A DNA stretch of 32,000 bases from Tannockella kyphosi (GCF_021054785.1 NZ_CP088239.1:1230001-1262000), one strand, 5' to 3'; positions 1-10,486 are shown, counted from the stretch's first letter. Notes: a model not told the origin generated them from the letters alone. Numbers and translations are program-made.

Positions 1-747
1 AAGAATTGATTTACTACTATGTATTGCTGTTTTTAGCGTTTCTATATTATCATGATGGCTATCCATATTAGATATTGCTTCACTCATAGGACGTAACTCA
101 TCTTGTGATAATGGTTGCAATGAATCTCTTAGCATCTCATTAATAGCAGTTGGTTTTAATGTGTTGCTTAATTTTGGCATACGTAATTTCAAAATCAAGT
201 CAATCGCCTCTTTGTAAATATCATTACTCGCAAATCCAAAAATACTTTGATTTACTCTTTCCATATATGCTTTTTGACCTTCTATATATTGTGAACCAAG
301 GATGTTTCTTAACTGCAGTTTTGTAATTGCAAGTTTCCCATCATATAAGGAAATTTCTTTGTTAATGCGACGATTATCATCGATAACAAAATACCAAGAA
401 TCCAATGGTTTTCCTTTTCTTGCACGCATCCCCATACCGATTGTTTTATATATTTCACTATCTTCTCTTTTAAATTCTATATATAAATAACCAATTCGAT
501 CATCTCTACCTGATTGTTCATCTAACAAATAACTTTCTAGTTTTCTAGATTTACTTCCAAAGGCATCTAACCTTTCACTGCTTTTATTCCCATCTAACAA
601 CAAAGGAATAAAGCTTTGCATCGTAACTGATTTTCCACTACCATTGCTTCCTCTAAGCAACATATGTCCATGATCAAAATAAAATTCCTCATTTACATAA
701 AACCAAAAATCAACTACCCCTAATTTATTCATATGCCATTTACTCAT
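1..747 (-). CDS. jetC: Wadjet JetC-like SMC/ABC-type ATPase (TIGR02680-like), N-terminal 249 codons only; the gene runs off the window start
   Basis: The frame is open to position 1. The ATG at 747-745 is preceded by AAGGAGG. Translation MSKWHMNKLGVVDFWFYVNEEFYFDHGHMLLRGSNGSGKSVTMQSFIPLLLDGNKS has a Walker A loop in the context typical of the ATPase that follows TIGR02677/02678 genes. Those genes sit directly upstream on the same strand. Confidence 0.8.
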   Translation of the reverse strand, partial: MSKWHMNKLGVVDFWFYVNEEFYFDHGHMLLRGSNGSGKSVTMQSFIPLLLDGNKSSERLDAFGSKSRKLESYLLDEQSGRDDRIGYLYIEFKREDSEIYKTIGMGMRARKGKPLDSWYFVIDDNRRINKEISLYDGKLAITKLQLRNILGSQYIEGQKAYMERVNQSIFGFASNDIYKEAIDLILKLRMPKLSNTLKPTAINEMLRDSLQPLSQDELRPMSEAISNMDSHHDNIETLKTAIHSSKSIL

Positions 748-759
748 TACAATGCCTCC

Positions 760-1866
760 TTAAAATGATCCTACTATTTTTGCTACAATTGGAAAAATAA
801 CTACCATTTGTTCTTCTAATAAAATAAACCCTACGTTTTCTTGATATTCGATAACTTGTTTTGTTAAATTTTCAATTCCTACTATTTGATATTTTTTTGG
901 TAATTTCTCAATATTTGTTTTCAATATTTTTTGTATTGCCAAATCATATTCTGTTTTTTGGATACTGACTATTTCATGTTCATTCTTTATCCATTTATTA
1001 TTTTTTATTAATTTCCTAATGTTTTCATTTACAATTAAACATAAATCATTCATTGTCCCAACACCTGGAATTGTTTTCTTTAAAATAGCATCTTCATCTA
1101 TTACTAGATAAGCACTTGATGAATGTACTTGCAAAGTACATGGAAATAACTTTTGGAAATCTTTTTCAATTTGATTTCGATAATTTCTAACATATTGAAA
1201 ATCCTCTTCATCACTTGTACTATAACGATAAATACCCAATGATAATAACAACTTACGATACACTCTTTGTCTACGAACAATCCCTCGATTTTCTTCTATT
1301 CCTATCCATTGTCCATAAAGAAAGTCTTCTGATTTTTGATAATCCATGATATCTGTTGTAAAATGTCTCATAAAGTAACGTGAGTTTCCTGTATTTTCAT
1401 ATAATGCATTTGCTTTTTCATCTTTTAAAAAGCCTTCTTCATCTCCATCATTTAGAATTAGTAATCCATTTTTTAGAGCAAATTTGATAACATGAATAAA
1501 TTGTCTTCTATTTTTATGAGTTTCCCAATCAATTTGATTATTTTGAAATTGAGTTTTGATGTATTCACTAATATCTAATAGTGCAAATTGTTCTTCTATT
1601 TCTTTATCTTCTAAATACATTAGAAGATAACAAAACATTTGATATTCTGTATTTGTTTGAAATTCTTGGATACCCATCCACCCTTCTCCTTTACCAGGAA
1701 TTTTTTCTAATTTGATTAGATTTTGGGTGATTATTAAGTTATAACCTATTTTTTCATATACTTTTTGTCTTATTTCTTTGCTATCATCTTTTATTTGATA
1801 ATACAGTTCGGTATTATCTTTTTTTAATACCCATCTTCTATTTAACAGTTCTTCAATTGTTTTCAT
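760..1866 (-). CDS. jetB: Wadjet JetB-like protein (TIGR02678/DUF2398-like)
   Basis: 368 aa ORF. It overlaps the upstream ORF by 4 nt (1863-1866) and ends 12 nt before the jetC start. Size and position (second gene of the quartet) fit. The family call rests on gene order and remembered family length, not on a search. Confidence 0.65.
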   Translation of the reverse strand: MKTIEELLNRRWVLKKDNTELYYQIKDDSKEIRQKVYEKIGYNLIITQNLIKLEKIPGKGEGWMGIQEFQTNTEYQMFCYLLMYLEDKEIEEQFALLDISEYIKTQFQNNQIDWETHKNRRQFIHVIKFALKNGLLILNDGDEEGFLKDEKANALYENTGNSRYFMRHFTTDIMDYQKSEDFLYGQWIGIEENRGIVRRQRVYRKLLLSLGIYRYSTSDEEDFQYVRNYRNQIEKDFQKLFPCTLQVHSSSAYLVIDEDAILKKTIPGVGTMNDLCLIVNENIRKLIKNNKWIKNEHEIVSIQKTEYDLAIQKILKTNIEKLPKKYQIVGIENLTKQVIEYQENVGFILLEEQMVVIFPIVAKIVGSF

Positions 1867-3344
1867 TTAGAATCCTCTCCAAATATAATCTTAAAGCAAG
1901 GTGTAATAAAATCACCATCACTACATTTTAAAACACATTCCCCTTCTTTTTCTTTTTCTACTCGATAAATTAATCCAGAATCTGTTTTTGCTGTTTTCGA
2001 TTTATTCGTAAGTGCTTTTGTTAGCCATGTTAAAATTATTTTTCGAGCTTCTTGACTAATTGGTGGTAAAGAAGATAAGTTTAATATATTTTCTTTTGTT
2101 AAGGTATCCATGATGTATTTTGTATGTTCCATTTGTTTTTCTAATTCTAATTTTTGCATTCTTCTTTCTAATTCAAAATCTTCTGGTGGTTTTCGATTGC
2201 TTTTTTCTTTTTGTACTCGAGTACGAACATCTAGATGTTGAAAATGTGCTGGTTCTTGGTAAACTCCACTATATATACTATCTGTTAGACGTTGACTAAT
2301 GTTTTTTAAATGTGTCGTATGTTCACTACCAAAAACAGAAGCACTTAAAATATGACAATTGTTTATTGATTCTAGTTGTTCAAACATACTTGCTATTTTC
2401 CGATATTCTTCTTTTCTATTTGCTCCATGATGATGCATTTCTCCTATGCTTAGTGCATATCTAGTTATTTTACGTATAATTTCATTTGTAATATTTTGTA
2501 AACGAACTATTTCATTTTCATCATTTTCTCCTACAAACCAACGATAAATACTTTGCCACTTTAAGTGACATTGTTCCATTAGGTCTTCTTTTAAAGGAAT
2601 AGCATCTAATCTAGGAATAGATAATTCATATGCAACAATTTGATGAAAGATTGTTTCTAATTGTTCTGGTTTTACTTTTAGTAAGCAATTTTCAATAATA
2701 TACGAATACTCTTGCATTGTTTTCACAAAAGTACGTAAATAAGTAATTAATTTATCTTTAAATTCTAAAAACTCTCTTGATTTCATCATTTCTTCTGCTT
2801 TTACACTATTTAACATAGAAATATAATCTTGATAATCTCTATTTAATCTTATAAAATCATCATTCAAACTACTCCACCAGGCACTTACTTCTACATTTGT
2901 TTTTTTATCTAAATCATGTACTTGTAAGATTTGATTTTTTATACGTTCTAATAATGTTGGTGATAACGAAGCACCTTTTGTTTCTAAGTTTTCTAAAAGA
3001 ATAGTCATACGTTCTATTTCTACACCATAAGGACTTAGTCTATAACGGTATTGACGGTTTTGAAATTCTTCTAAAGAAGCTGCTTTTGAGGTGTCTTGAA
3101 CATATAAAAGATTTCCCCACTGAGCTAATTTTTGTAAATCACTCTGGCATTTCTCCATTGTATAATCTTCAAACAAATTAGTTTCTTTTACTATATTATA
3201 TAGCTCTTCTCTATACATCCAGTATTGTAAATTTTCATACTGAGTATAAAAATAACGGACAATAATACGATATCGTTCCGTATTTTCTACATGTAAATAG
3301 GTTGTTTCTTCAATCGGTTTTAATAGTTTATCATTTATTTTCAT
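1863..3344 (-). CDS. jetA: Wadjet JetA-like protein (TIGR02677/DUF2397-like)
   Basis: 493 aa ORF with AGGAG upstream. The N-terminus YLHVENTERYRIIVRYFYTQYE resembles the conserved start of TIGR02677 proteins. It is the first gene of a tightly overlapping jetA-jetB-jetC array. Confidence 0.7.
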   Translation of the reverse strand: MKINDKLLKPIEETTYLHVENTERYRIIVRYFYTQYENLQYWMYREELYNIVKETNLFEDYTMEKCQSDLQKLAQWGNLLYVQDTSKAASLEEFQNRQYRYRLSPYGVEIERMTILLENLETKGASLSPTLLERIKNQILQVHDLDKKTNVEVSAWWSSLNDDFIRLNRDYQDYISMLNSVKAEEMMKSREFLEFKDKLITYLRTFVKTMQEYSYIIENCLLKVKPEQLETIFHQIVAYELSIPRLDAIPLKEDLMEQCHLKWQSIYRWFVGENDENEIVRLQNITNEIIRKITRYALSIGEMHHHGANRKEEYRKIASMFEQLESINNCHILSASVFGSEHTTHLKNISQRLTDSIYSGVYQEPAHFQHLDVRTRVQKEKSNRKPPEDFELERRMQKLELEKQMEHTKYIMDTLTKENILNLSSLPPISQEARKIILTWLTKALTNKSKTAKTDSGLIYRVEKEKEGECVLKCSDGDFITPCFKIIFGEDSK

Positions 3345-3416
3345 GTTTTTCTCCTAATGCATTATATTCTAAATCAATGCATTCTTTTTGATTATTTCAT
3401 TATCTACTTTACTAAA

Positions 3417-4127
3417 TTATTTTGTAGTAATATCTAGATAAAATTCTTCCATTGTGTCTAAACATAAACAAGCTAATCGTTTCATTCCACAATCAATAGC
3501 AATATGATTATATTTTTTATAAATTTTATCTGGATTTGGATTGTCAAATATACATAATGTTGGTGTATGTCCCGTGATTAATATTTTATCTTTATAATAC
3601 TCCATACCATAATCACAACGTTCCCACAATAATTGATCATAATCATATTCTGATATATCTTTCTCTCTAGTAAATTCTTTATGTCCTAAGGTATGAACTA
3701 ATAAATAGGTTTGATTGTTAACAACTATTTTATCATACATTGGTAATTCATCTAAAAATTCAAGAATCATTTCTTTTTGTTCTTCATTTAATTTTTTAAA
3801 GTCATCTAATGTTGCTTTTCCGCCAATATGATTAATCCATTCAATAATCATTTCTAATGTTTCACCATCTAATGATTGAATAAATTCATCTGTTATTTCT
3901 TGTTTTAACACTTTTAAACATTCACAAGCTAATACATCATGATTACCACAAAGACAATAAACATTATCTCGATACATAAGATCAAAAAGTAATTTCATAC
4001 TTTGATCCCCTCGATCAACATAATCTCCTAACAAAAATAAAATATCATTTTGTTGAAATGAAATTTCATCTAACATCATTAAAAAAGCATCATATCTTCC
4101 ATGTAAATCACTCATTACATAAATCAT
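3417..4127 (-). CDS. calcineurin-like metallophosphoesterase (PP1/PrpE/ApaH-type Ser/Thr phosphatase family)
   Basis: Canonical motifs are visible: SDLHG (DxHG), LLGDYVDRGDQS (GDxxDRG), CGNHD (GNHD/E) and a later GHTP. 236 aa. Confidence 0.85.
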   Translation of the reverse strand: MIYVMSDLHGRYDAFLMMLDEISFQQNDILFLLGDYVDRGDQSMKLLFDLMYRDNVYCLCGNHDVLACECLKVLKQEITDEFIQSLDGETLEMIIEWINHIGGKATLDDFKKLNEEQKEMILEFLDELPMYDKIVVNNQTYLLVHTLGHKEFTREKDISEYDYDQLLWERCDYGMEYYKDKILITGHTPTLCIFDNPNPDKIYKKYNHIAIDCGMKRLACLCLDTMEEFYLDITTK

Positions 4128-4359
4128 TTCCTAGCCTCCATTCAAATATTTCATTCCTATTTATAACACTATAATTCCTTTTAAATACCTCTTTTAGATA
4201 CTTTATTAATATCTTGTTATTCTCCAAAATATAACTAAGACTACAAGACAATAAAAATTCTTTTATCAACCATATTATACACTAAAAATAAAGATGTTAC
4301 AAAATAACAGTAACTAAAAAAGTCGGGTTAACCCCAACTATAAATAATGATTTATAAAA

Positions 4360-4408
4360 AGAAAAAAAGATAGACGTAACTCTTACAAAGTGAAGTCTAT
4401 CTTTTTAT
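4360..4408 (-). terminator. rho-independent terminator downstream of the SBP-like gene
   Basis: Inverted repeat AAGATAGAC (4367-4375) / GTCTATCTT (4395-4403). On the minus strand the hairpin is followed by a T7 run (A-run 4362-4368 on the plus strand). Confidence 0.6.
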
Positions 4409-4433
4409 TAAAAGCAATACTTTCTTATGGTAT

Positions 4434-6092
4434 TTAAGATTTTAGAATGGACCATTCATCTAAACGAAGATCACAGAAATAACGGACATTTCCAAATTCT
4501 AAATCATCTGGCACATCTACACGGGAAGTGTTTAAGAATATATAATTATAACTTGTAAATAATGGTAGTTTATACAATAACTCTTGTTCTAACTGCGTTA
4601 TTTGATTTTGATATTCTATTTGTTCTTCTTGGTTTATGGTAGCACTATAGTCTGCTATTAATTCATCAAATACGCCATCTTCTCCCATTAATACAGCTAA
4701 ATTTGTAGAAGTCATTAAATATTCATTATACCAATCCTCAATATTAAACGCTGATAATGCTTTAAATAACATATCATAGGTTGGTTCAACATATATCTCC
4801 CATCCTTCAAGCTGTCTTAATTCTGTTTGAATCCCGATTGCATTTAAGTACTCACATACTTTTTCTAGCATCACTCTTGTGGTACTATCTGTATGATAAT
4901 AACCTATTTCATATACATAATCAAAGTCATAATTAGCTTCTTCTAATAGCTCAATAGCTTTTTCAGGATTATATTCATATACTATACTAGCGTTGGTATC
5001 CCCTGCATATACTAGCGAACCTGTTGAAAAATAATAATCACTAAATAATTCTTCAATATCAATCGCATAATTAATAGCTTGACGTACTTGAGCATCTTGA
5101 ACTACCTCACTATTAGCCACGTTAAAGACAAAATAACGATAATAAGAAACATCTACTGCATACTCCGTATATTCCCTTAAACTACGATAACTAACTGTAT
5201 CACTAATTATACTTGACTCAAAATAATCAATATCTCTACTTTCCCAATCCCAACAAACTAACACAGTTTCAATATCTGACATTTTACCAGTATAATAAAC
5301 ATTTTGAGATAACACTATATTCATATCTTCATCAAATCCCGTACTTACATACATCCCACTACAAACAGGATTATCATTTTGGAAAAACCAATGTTCATCC
5401 GTAAGAGTAGATAAATCTTCCTCTTTTAAGATATGTTCTGGTAAAACAACAAACTGTGTTAATATCATTGCAAAGTTATTATATCTCTCTTCTAATTGAA
5501 ATGTAATCGTATTATCTTCACATGTAATCCCTATAATCGAATCACTATCTCCTGCTAGATATGCCTCTACTCCCTCTATTTTATTAAATGCCGTCGATAA
5601 ACTAGCATTCACATCATCACACATTAAGAATGCTTCCACACTAAAAGCAACATCATTTACATCAATTATTTCTCCATCAGACCAATATTCATTTTCACTC
5701 ATAGTAATAGAATAAGTCAACCCATCATCACTACAACTATAACTTAGTGCTAATCCATCATTAATCTCACTACAACTACTATCGGTTACAAATAAAGTTT
5801 GAAACAATAGAGCCCCTGTAAAAGATGCATTTTTCCAAGGACAACATAAGTCATATGTATCAGTAGGTTCCGTCGTAATTGCAGCCACTGTTAGAACATT
5901 ACCTTCTATATATTCTTTAGAACTATAATGGATACAATAGAATACCATACCAACACCTAGAACCATAAATAAAATAACTAAAAATATATTTCTAGCATTT
6001 TTACTTAATTTTACTTGTTCTTCTTCAAACCCTGACATATCATTTGTTTCAAAAATCATATCATAGTCATTATGTTTCCTTCTGTCCATCAT
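4434..6092 (-). CDS. membrane-anchored extracellular solute-binding protein, family 5 (SBP_bac_5-like), orphan
   Basis: 552 aa. N-terminal TM helix IFLVILFMVLGVGMVFYCI. The block DDGLTYSITMSENEYWSDGEIIDVNDVAFSVEAF matches the conserved W-DG-x-DV-FS signature of peptide/nickel family-5 SBPs. No permease or ATPase genes are nearby. It starts 5 nt after the GGDEF gene stop. Confidence 0.6.
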   Translation of the reverse strand: MMDRRKHNDYDMIFETNDMSGFEEEQVKLSKNARNIFLVILFMVLGVGMVFYCIHYSSKEYIEGNVLTVAAITTEPTDTYDLCCPWKNASFTGALLFQTLFVTDSSCSEINDGLALSYSCSDDGLTYSITMSENEYWSDGEIIDVNDVAFSVEAFLMCDDVNASLSTAFNKIEGVEAYLAGDSDSIIGITCEDNTITFQLEERYNNFAMILTQFVVLPEHILKEEDLSTLTDEHWFFQNDNPVCSGMYVSTGFDEDMNIVLSQNVYYTGKMSDIETVLVCWDWESRDIDYFESSIISDTVSYRSLREYTEYAVDVSYYRYFVFNVANSEVVQDAQVRQAINYAIDIEELFSDYYFSTGSLVYAGDTNASIVYEYNPEKAIELLEEANYDFDYVYEIGYYHTDSTTRVMLEKVCEYLNAIGIQTELRQLEGWEIYVEPTYDMLFKALSAFNIEDWYNEYLMTSTNLAVLMGEDGVFDELIADYSATINQEEQIEYQNQITQLEQELLYKLPLFTSYNYIFLNTSRVDVPDDLEFGNVRYFCDLRLDEWSILKS

Positions 6093-6097
6093 CTTCC

Positions 6098-7192
6098 CTA
6101 ATTTAACCCTTCTTTTGCTTTGATACGTTTCATTTCTTGTTTGTTTAGATACATACTTTCATCCGCTTTTTCAAAAAGTTGTTGAATTGTAAGTTCTTGT
6201 TGTAAAGAATCATTTAAAGCATAACCTAATGCATATGATATTGAAAAACGACGCATTGTTTCATTAAAACGTTCTGTTAAAAACGCCAATTCTTTCACTA
6301 GTATTTCAACCTCTTCTATGTTTTCAATACTTTGGTAGTATACAATAAACTCATCCCCACCATATCTTCCTACAAAAGGTTTGATCGTATATATATCACA
6401 AGCCTCTTTTAATAAGGTTGCAAAACAACGAATCAACTCATCACCTACTTGATGTCCTAATTCATCATTTGTCTTCTTTAACCCATTTAAATCAACTACT
6501 ACAATAGCATCAAAATTAACCCCTGCAGTCTTTAACTTTGTCTTAAATAAATCTTGGCATCTTGAACGATTAAACAATCCTGTAGCCGTATCAATAGCAG
6601 CTAAAGCTGCTAATTCTTTATTTTGTTTGATAACAATTGATGTTTGTATAAAATAAGTAGTTGCTAGAATAACAACTAATATAATTACTAAAATAATAGC
6701 TCCTTGTAAATAAAGTGCCTGATCATGTAACTCTTCTATTAAATCAGTAACGTTATTAGATAAAGAAGTCATTGAATTAAAATGATTATCTGCTGCTAAT
6801 TCTAATAAAGTAGTATCTAACTCCTCTTCTTCTAACAATACAACAATATTTTCCCAAGTAGCTACTGCATCCATTGCACTATCAGTAAAACTTTCATCCT
6901 CTAATACACTCATTTGATCTTGACTACCAACTGTTAATTCACTTTCTGTATGACTCCCAATTTGATAAATCAACTGATTATCAATATCTCCACTTAAAGC
7001 CATACGAACACATCGTTGTGTACTAGAACTTAAATATTGTATTTGAGATAAATCACTTGTTGTATCATACAAAGTAGACATTGTTTGCATTAGTAAAAAA
7101 GTCAAAACCATAAAAGCAAACGAAAAGAGACCCAAAATTCTCCAATATCTTAATTTTTCACTACGAAGCATCGACATAGAATCCCCTCCCAA
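6098..7192 (-). CDS. membrane sensor diguanylate cyclase (GGDEF domain)
   Basis: 364 aa with two hydrophobic segments flanking a periplasmic-type region. C-terminal GGDEF domain: GLFNRSR, VVVDLNGLKKTNDELGHQVGDELI, GRYGGDEFIVYY. The true start may be one of the internal Met codons at residues 6 or 8. Confidence 0.85.
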   Translation of the reverse strand: MGGDSMSMLRSEKLRYWRILGLFSFAFMVLTFLLMQTMSTLYDTTSDLSQIQYLSSSTQRCVRMALSGDIDNQLIYQIGSHTESELTVGSQDQMSVLEDESFTDSAMDAVATWENIVVLLEEEELDTTLLELAADNHFNSMTSLSNNVTDLIEELHDQALYLQGAIILVIILVVILATTYFIQTSIVIKQNKELAALAAIDTATGLFNRSRCQDLFKTKLKTAGVNFDAIVVVDLNGLKKTNDELGHQVGDELIRCFATLLKEACDIYTIKPFVGRYGGDEFIVYYQSIENIEEVEILVKELAFLTERFNETMRRFSISYALGYALNDSLQQELTIQQLFEKADESMYLNKQEMKRIKAKEGLN

Positions 7193-7284
7193 GCTTATCT
7201 ATTATACTTTAATGATACTCCTCTTTACCATCTATTGTCTAGATAAAAAACATAAAAAGCTTTCTATTAACTATACTTTTGTAC

Positions 7285-7314
7285 TAAAAAAGAGTTAGCT
7301 ATCACACTAACTCT
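7285..7314 (-). terminator. rho-independent terminator after the DUF2130 gene
   Basis: AGAGTTAG (7291-7298) / CTAACTCT (7307-7314). A T-run follows on the minus strand (A-run 7286-7290 on the plus strand). Confidence 0.6.
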
Positions 7315-7320
7315 TCTAGT

Positions 7321-8883
7321 CTATTCTTTTAGTTCTTCAAATTTCTGTGCCATTGTAGGATTGTTTTTTGTAAGTTTTTTAATTGTTAAATCTTGTGCCT
7401 TATCATTAGCAAGTCGAAGATTATTTTCAGATGATAATAATGCTTCTTTTGTTTTTTCTAGGTGTTTAATTGTTGTTTCTATTTCTTTAATAGCTGTTTG
7501 GAATTTCTTGCTAGCTAAATCATAATTTCTACCAAACTTATCTTTAAAGTCCATCATACTATTTTCAAAATTTGCAATATCAATATTTTGATTTCTAACT
7601 TCCAGTAATTGTTCTTGATAAGCAATAGAATTTAGAGCAGCATTACGTAATAAAGTAATGATTGGTATAAAGAACTGTGGACGAATAACATACATCTTTG
7701 GATACTTATGCGACATATCAACAATTCCATTATTATATAATTCATTATCACTTTCTAGTAATGATACTAATACTGCATACTCACAACCTTTTTCATTACG
7801 ATCTTTATCTAATTCTTTTAAGAAATCTTCATTCTTTTTCTTAGTAGCTGTTGTATCATTTTCATTTTTCATTTCAAACATAATAGAAATGAATTCTACA
7901 CCACTATCACTTTTTTCTTTAAAAATATAATCTCCTTTACTACCAGTTCTAGCATCATTATCTTTTTCAAAATAAGCTTTTTGAAAACCAGTAGCTCGTA
8001 AACGATTAAATTCTATTTCACAATGTTGTTCTAATGTTTCTCCTAACATTTTAGTAGATAATTTTGTTTTTAAATCTTTATAATAATCAATTGCTTCATC
8101 TTTTTCTTTTAGTTTTATTTCATAACTATCTTTAATAGTAGTTAATTCAAGTTCTTTTCCAGTTTTCATTGATTCAATATTAGCTTGTAGTTTTGTGATT
8201 TCTATTTCTTTTTTTGATAATTCTGTATTCTTTTTAAATTCTTCTTCTTTTAAAGCCATTGTTTTATCATTTTGAGAAACTAAAATTTGTGATTTTAGAT
8301 GCTCTACTTCTTGTTTAGAAGTAGATAACATTTTTTCTAGTTCTATTTTTGCATTTGCTTCTTGGATTTTTAATTCGTTTTCTTTTTTAGCATCTGCTGA
8401 TAATATTTGGGCTTTTAGTTGTTCGATTTCTTGTTTTGCATCTGATAATGTTTTTTCTAGTTCAACTTTTGCATTTGCTTCTTGAAGTTTACGATCATTT
8501 TCTTTTTCTATTTCAAATGATTTTTGATTGTTTTGTAGTTGTTCTTGTAATCTACCGATTAGAACATCTTTTTGGACTAATTCTTCTTTTTGTTTTGATT
8601 CTTCTTGTTTTAATGCCATCACTTTATCTGTTTTAGCTAATTCAATTTGAGAACGTAATTGTTCGATTTCTTGTTTAGCAGTAGATAATGTTTTTTCTAA
8701 TTCTGCTTTTGCACTAGCTTGTGCTAGTTGCAAAGCATTGTTTTTTTCTGTTTGTAACATTTCTTCTCTTTTTAATAATTCTTTTTGGAATTCTGCATCT
8801 CGTACTTGGGCTACAATTGCAATATAACCAGATTCATCAACCGTAAATGCTTCTCCACATTTTGGACATTTTATTTCATTCAT
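7321..8883 (-). CDS. DUF2130 family protein (N-terminal zinc ribbon, long coiled coil, C-terminal nuclease-like domain)
   Basis: 520 aa. The start [20 protein letters not shown] is the typical DUF2130 opening. The central coiled coil has three paralogous segments ([23 protein letters not shown] / [23 protein letters not shown] / [23 protein letters not shown]). The C-terminal part contains GDYIFKE...FEMKNE. Confidence 0.75.
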   Translation of the reverse strand: MNEIKCPKCGEAFTVDESGYIAIVAQVRDAEFQKELLKREEMLQTEKNNALQLAQASAKAELEKTLSTAKQEIEQLRSQIELAKTDKVMALKQEESKQKEELVQKDVLIGRLQEQLQNNQKSFEIEKENDRKLQEANAKVELEKTLSDAKQEIEQLKAQILSADAKKENELKIQEANAKIELEKMLSTSKQEVEHLKSQILVSQNDKTMALKEEEFKKNTELSKKEIEITKLQANIESMKTGKELELTTIKDSYEIKLKEKDEAIDYYKDLKTKLSTKMLGETLEQHCEIEFNRLRATGFQKAYFEKDNDARTGSKGDYIFKEKSDSGVEFISIMFEMKNENDTTATKKKNEDFLKELDKDRNEKGCEYAVLVSLLESDNELYNNGIVDMSHKYPKMYVIRPQFFIPIITLLRNAALNSIAYQEQLLEVRNQNIDIANFENSMMDFKDKFGRNYDLASKKFQTAIKEIETTIKHLEKTKEALLSSENNLRLANDKAQDLTIKKLTKNNPTMAQKFEELKE

Positions 8884-8894
8884 TTTTCTTCCTC

Positions 8895-9647
8895 CTATGC
8901 CGATACTCTAAAAACATGAGTTACTTTTTGTTCACTAATAACAATCATTACACTTACTGAGGTATCATATGGATTATCCATGCTAGTGGCATATGCTATA
9001 TCTGCTATTTCTGTTTGTAATGATTCTAATACTTCTGTTTGTGTACTTTCTACGTTTTCACTGTAGTCTCCTTGGAATACAGATGGTGAGCTAAAAGCCC
9101 ATTGACAATCACTTGCTAGTTCAAAAGATATTTCTGTAGTAGCTAGAAAATCCCAACTATCAATATATTCTTGATAAGTTTGCATCCCTTCACTATTAGA
9201 ACAAACGATTAGTTTATTATCTTCTATTTTAATATCTTCTAATTTCCATGCAGAAATAGATATTTCACAACCATCTTCCATTATTGATTCTATTTCACTA
9301 ATTAGCTCAACATTTTGTTGTTCAATATAACTAAGTGTAATATCTTCTAACTCACTAGTTGATTCTTGATACCATGATTTTTCATTAAAGTATTCATTTA
9401 AATCACTAGATTCAAAAATATATCCATGACGTGCATATACTTCATTTCTTGCAATTCTTAGCTCTTCACTAGTTAACATACATAAATCAATCGAAGATAA
9501 TACTTCTTCACTACTTGTATCAAATATATATTCATTTACTTCAACTTCTTCATTGTTTTGGCTAACATCTTCCTCTTCTTTGTCAACCTGACAACCTAAT
9601 AAACACACACATAAAAAGAAACTACTAATTATCTTTATAGTCTTCAT
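8895..9647 (-). CDS. lipoprotein with YARHG domain
   Basis: Signal peptide with lipobox ([10 protein letters not shown]). The motif [12 protein letters not shown] defines the YARHG domain. Confidence 0.75.
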   Translation of the reverse strand: MKTIKIISSFFLCVCLLGCQVDKEEEDVSQNNEEVEVNEYIFDTSSEEVLSSIDLCMLTSEELRIARNEVYARHGYIFESSDLNEYFNEKSWYQESTSELEDITLSYIEQQNVELISEIESIMEDGCEISISAWKLEDIKIEDNKLIVCSNSEGMQTYQEYIDSWDFLATTEISFELASDCQWAFSSPSVFQGDYSENVESTQTEVLESLQTEIADIAYATSMDNPYDTSVSVMIVISEQKVTHVFRVSA

Positions 9648-9734
9648 TTTCTCTCTCCAATATCCAATTTTTTATACTCATCTCTCTACATCTAGTATAA
9701 CGCTTTTATAACATCGTTGCTAGTATAAAGGATA

Positions 9735-9768
9735 ATAAAAAATAATAGGTTATTGAAATTCAATAACC
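9735..9768 (-). terminator. rho-independent terminator after the SGNH hydrolase gene
   Basis: GGTTATTGA (9748-9756) / TCAATAACC (9760-9768). On the minus strand the hairpin is followed by a T-rich tract. Confidence 0.55.
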
Positions 9769-9775
9769 CATTATT

Positions 9776-10417
9776 TTATAATAAACCTACTAACTCCATC
9801 CAAGATGTGGCTATTACACTATGACCCAAACTAGTAGGATGTACTCCATCCAAAGAAAGTTCACTAGCTTGATGTGTTTTACTTGCAACAAGTGATGCAA
9901 AAATACCATCCATCGCTAAATAATACGTAGCATATTCTGTTGCTAGTTTACGAACTACTTGTATTTTAGGGTCTAAGTCTTCATGCCATTTATCTTTTAA
10001 AGGATCTGTTGGTATTAAAAAAGGTTCTATCATAATGATTGGTACTTGCGAGAAATCTTCTTTTAGTTGTTGTAATAACTGTTTATAATATTTCGTAAAA
10101 TCTTCTAGTGACATAGGATTATTTTCATCATACCTTCTCCATACATCATTAATACCTACTAATAAAGAAATAAAATCTGGTTGCACATCTTTGATATCTT
10201 CTTGATAACGTTCTAATATATCACATACTCGATCACCTGATATTCCTCTATTTACAAATTGAACTGGTGTATTTGGATATAGCTCTTTATAAATAGTTGC
10301 TATTTTAGCAGGATATCCCTCTCTCATTGGAAAAAACATTTCTTTTCTTCTACCACAATCTGTAATGCTGTCTCCTTGAAATAAAATTATTTGATTTTTA
10401 ATAAAAATAGATTCCAT
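9776..10417 (-). CDS. SGNH/GDSL-family hydrolase
   Basis: Block I FQGDSITD, block II GISGDR, block III GINDVW and block V DGVHPT are all present in order. 213 aa. Confidence 0.85.
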   Translation of the reverse strand: MESIFIKNQIILFQGDSITDCGRRKEMFFPMREGYPAKIATIYKELYPNTPVQFVNRGISGDRVCDILERYQEDIKDVQPDFISLLVGINDVWRRYDENNPMSLEDFTKYYKQLLQQLKEDFSQVPIIMIEPFLIPTDPLKDKWHEDLDPKIQVVRKLATEYATYYLAMDGIFASLVASKTHQASELSLDGVHPTSLGHSVIATSWMELVGLL

Positions 10418-10486
10418 AATAAACCCCTTTCTCTATTGGACATTTTTTTAAAAATGTATTGCTCAATAACTACACATTTCCTTTTA

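Noticed and set aside
302-490. 62 aa plus-strand ORF
   Set aside because: It lies entirely antisense inside the jetC-like coding frame, has low-complexity AT-driven sequence, and has no RBS.
5213-5404. 63 aa plus-strand ORF inside the SBP-like gene. The same applies to 7658-7930, 8436-8636, 10939-11124, 11655-11957, 20646-20837, 24526-24825, 24798-25046, 26886-27101, 27248-27436, 28694-28894, 29176-29373 and 31592-31786, and to the minus-strand ORF 19027-19317 inside the transposase gene.
   Set aside because: All are nested antisense within longer ORFs that carry clear family motifs. They are typical shadow ORFs of AT-rich DNA.
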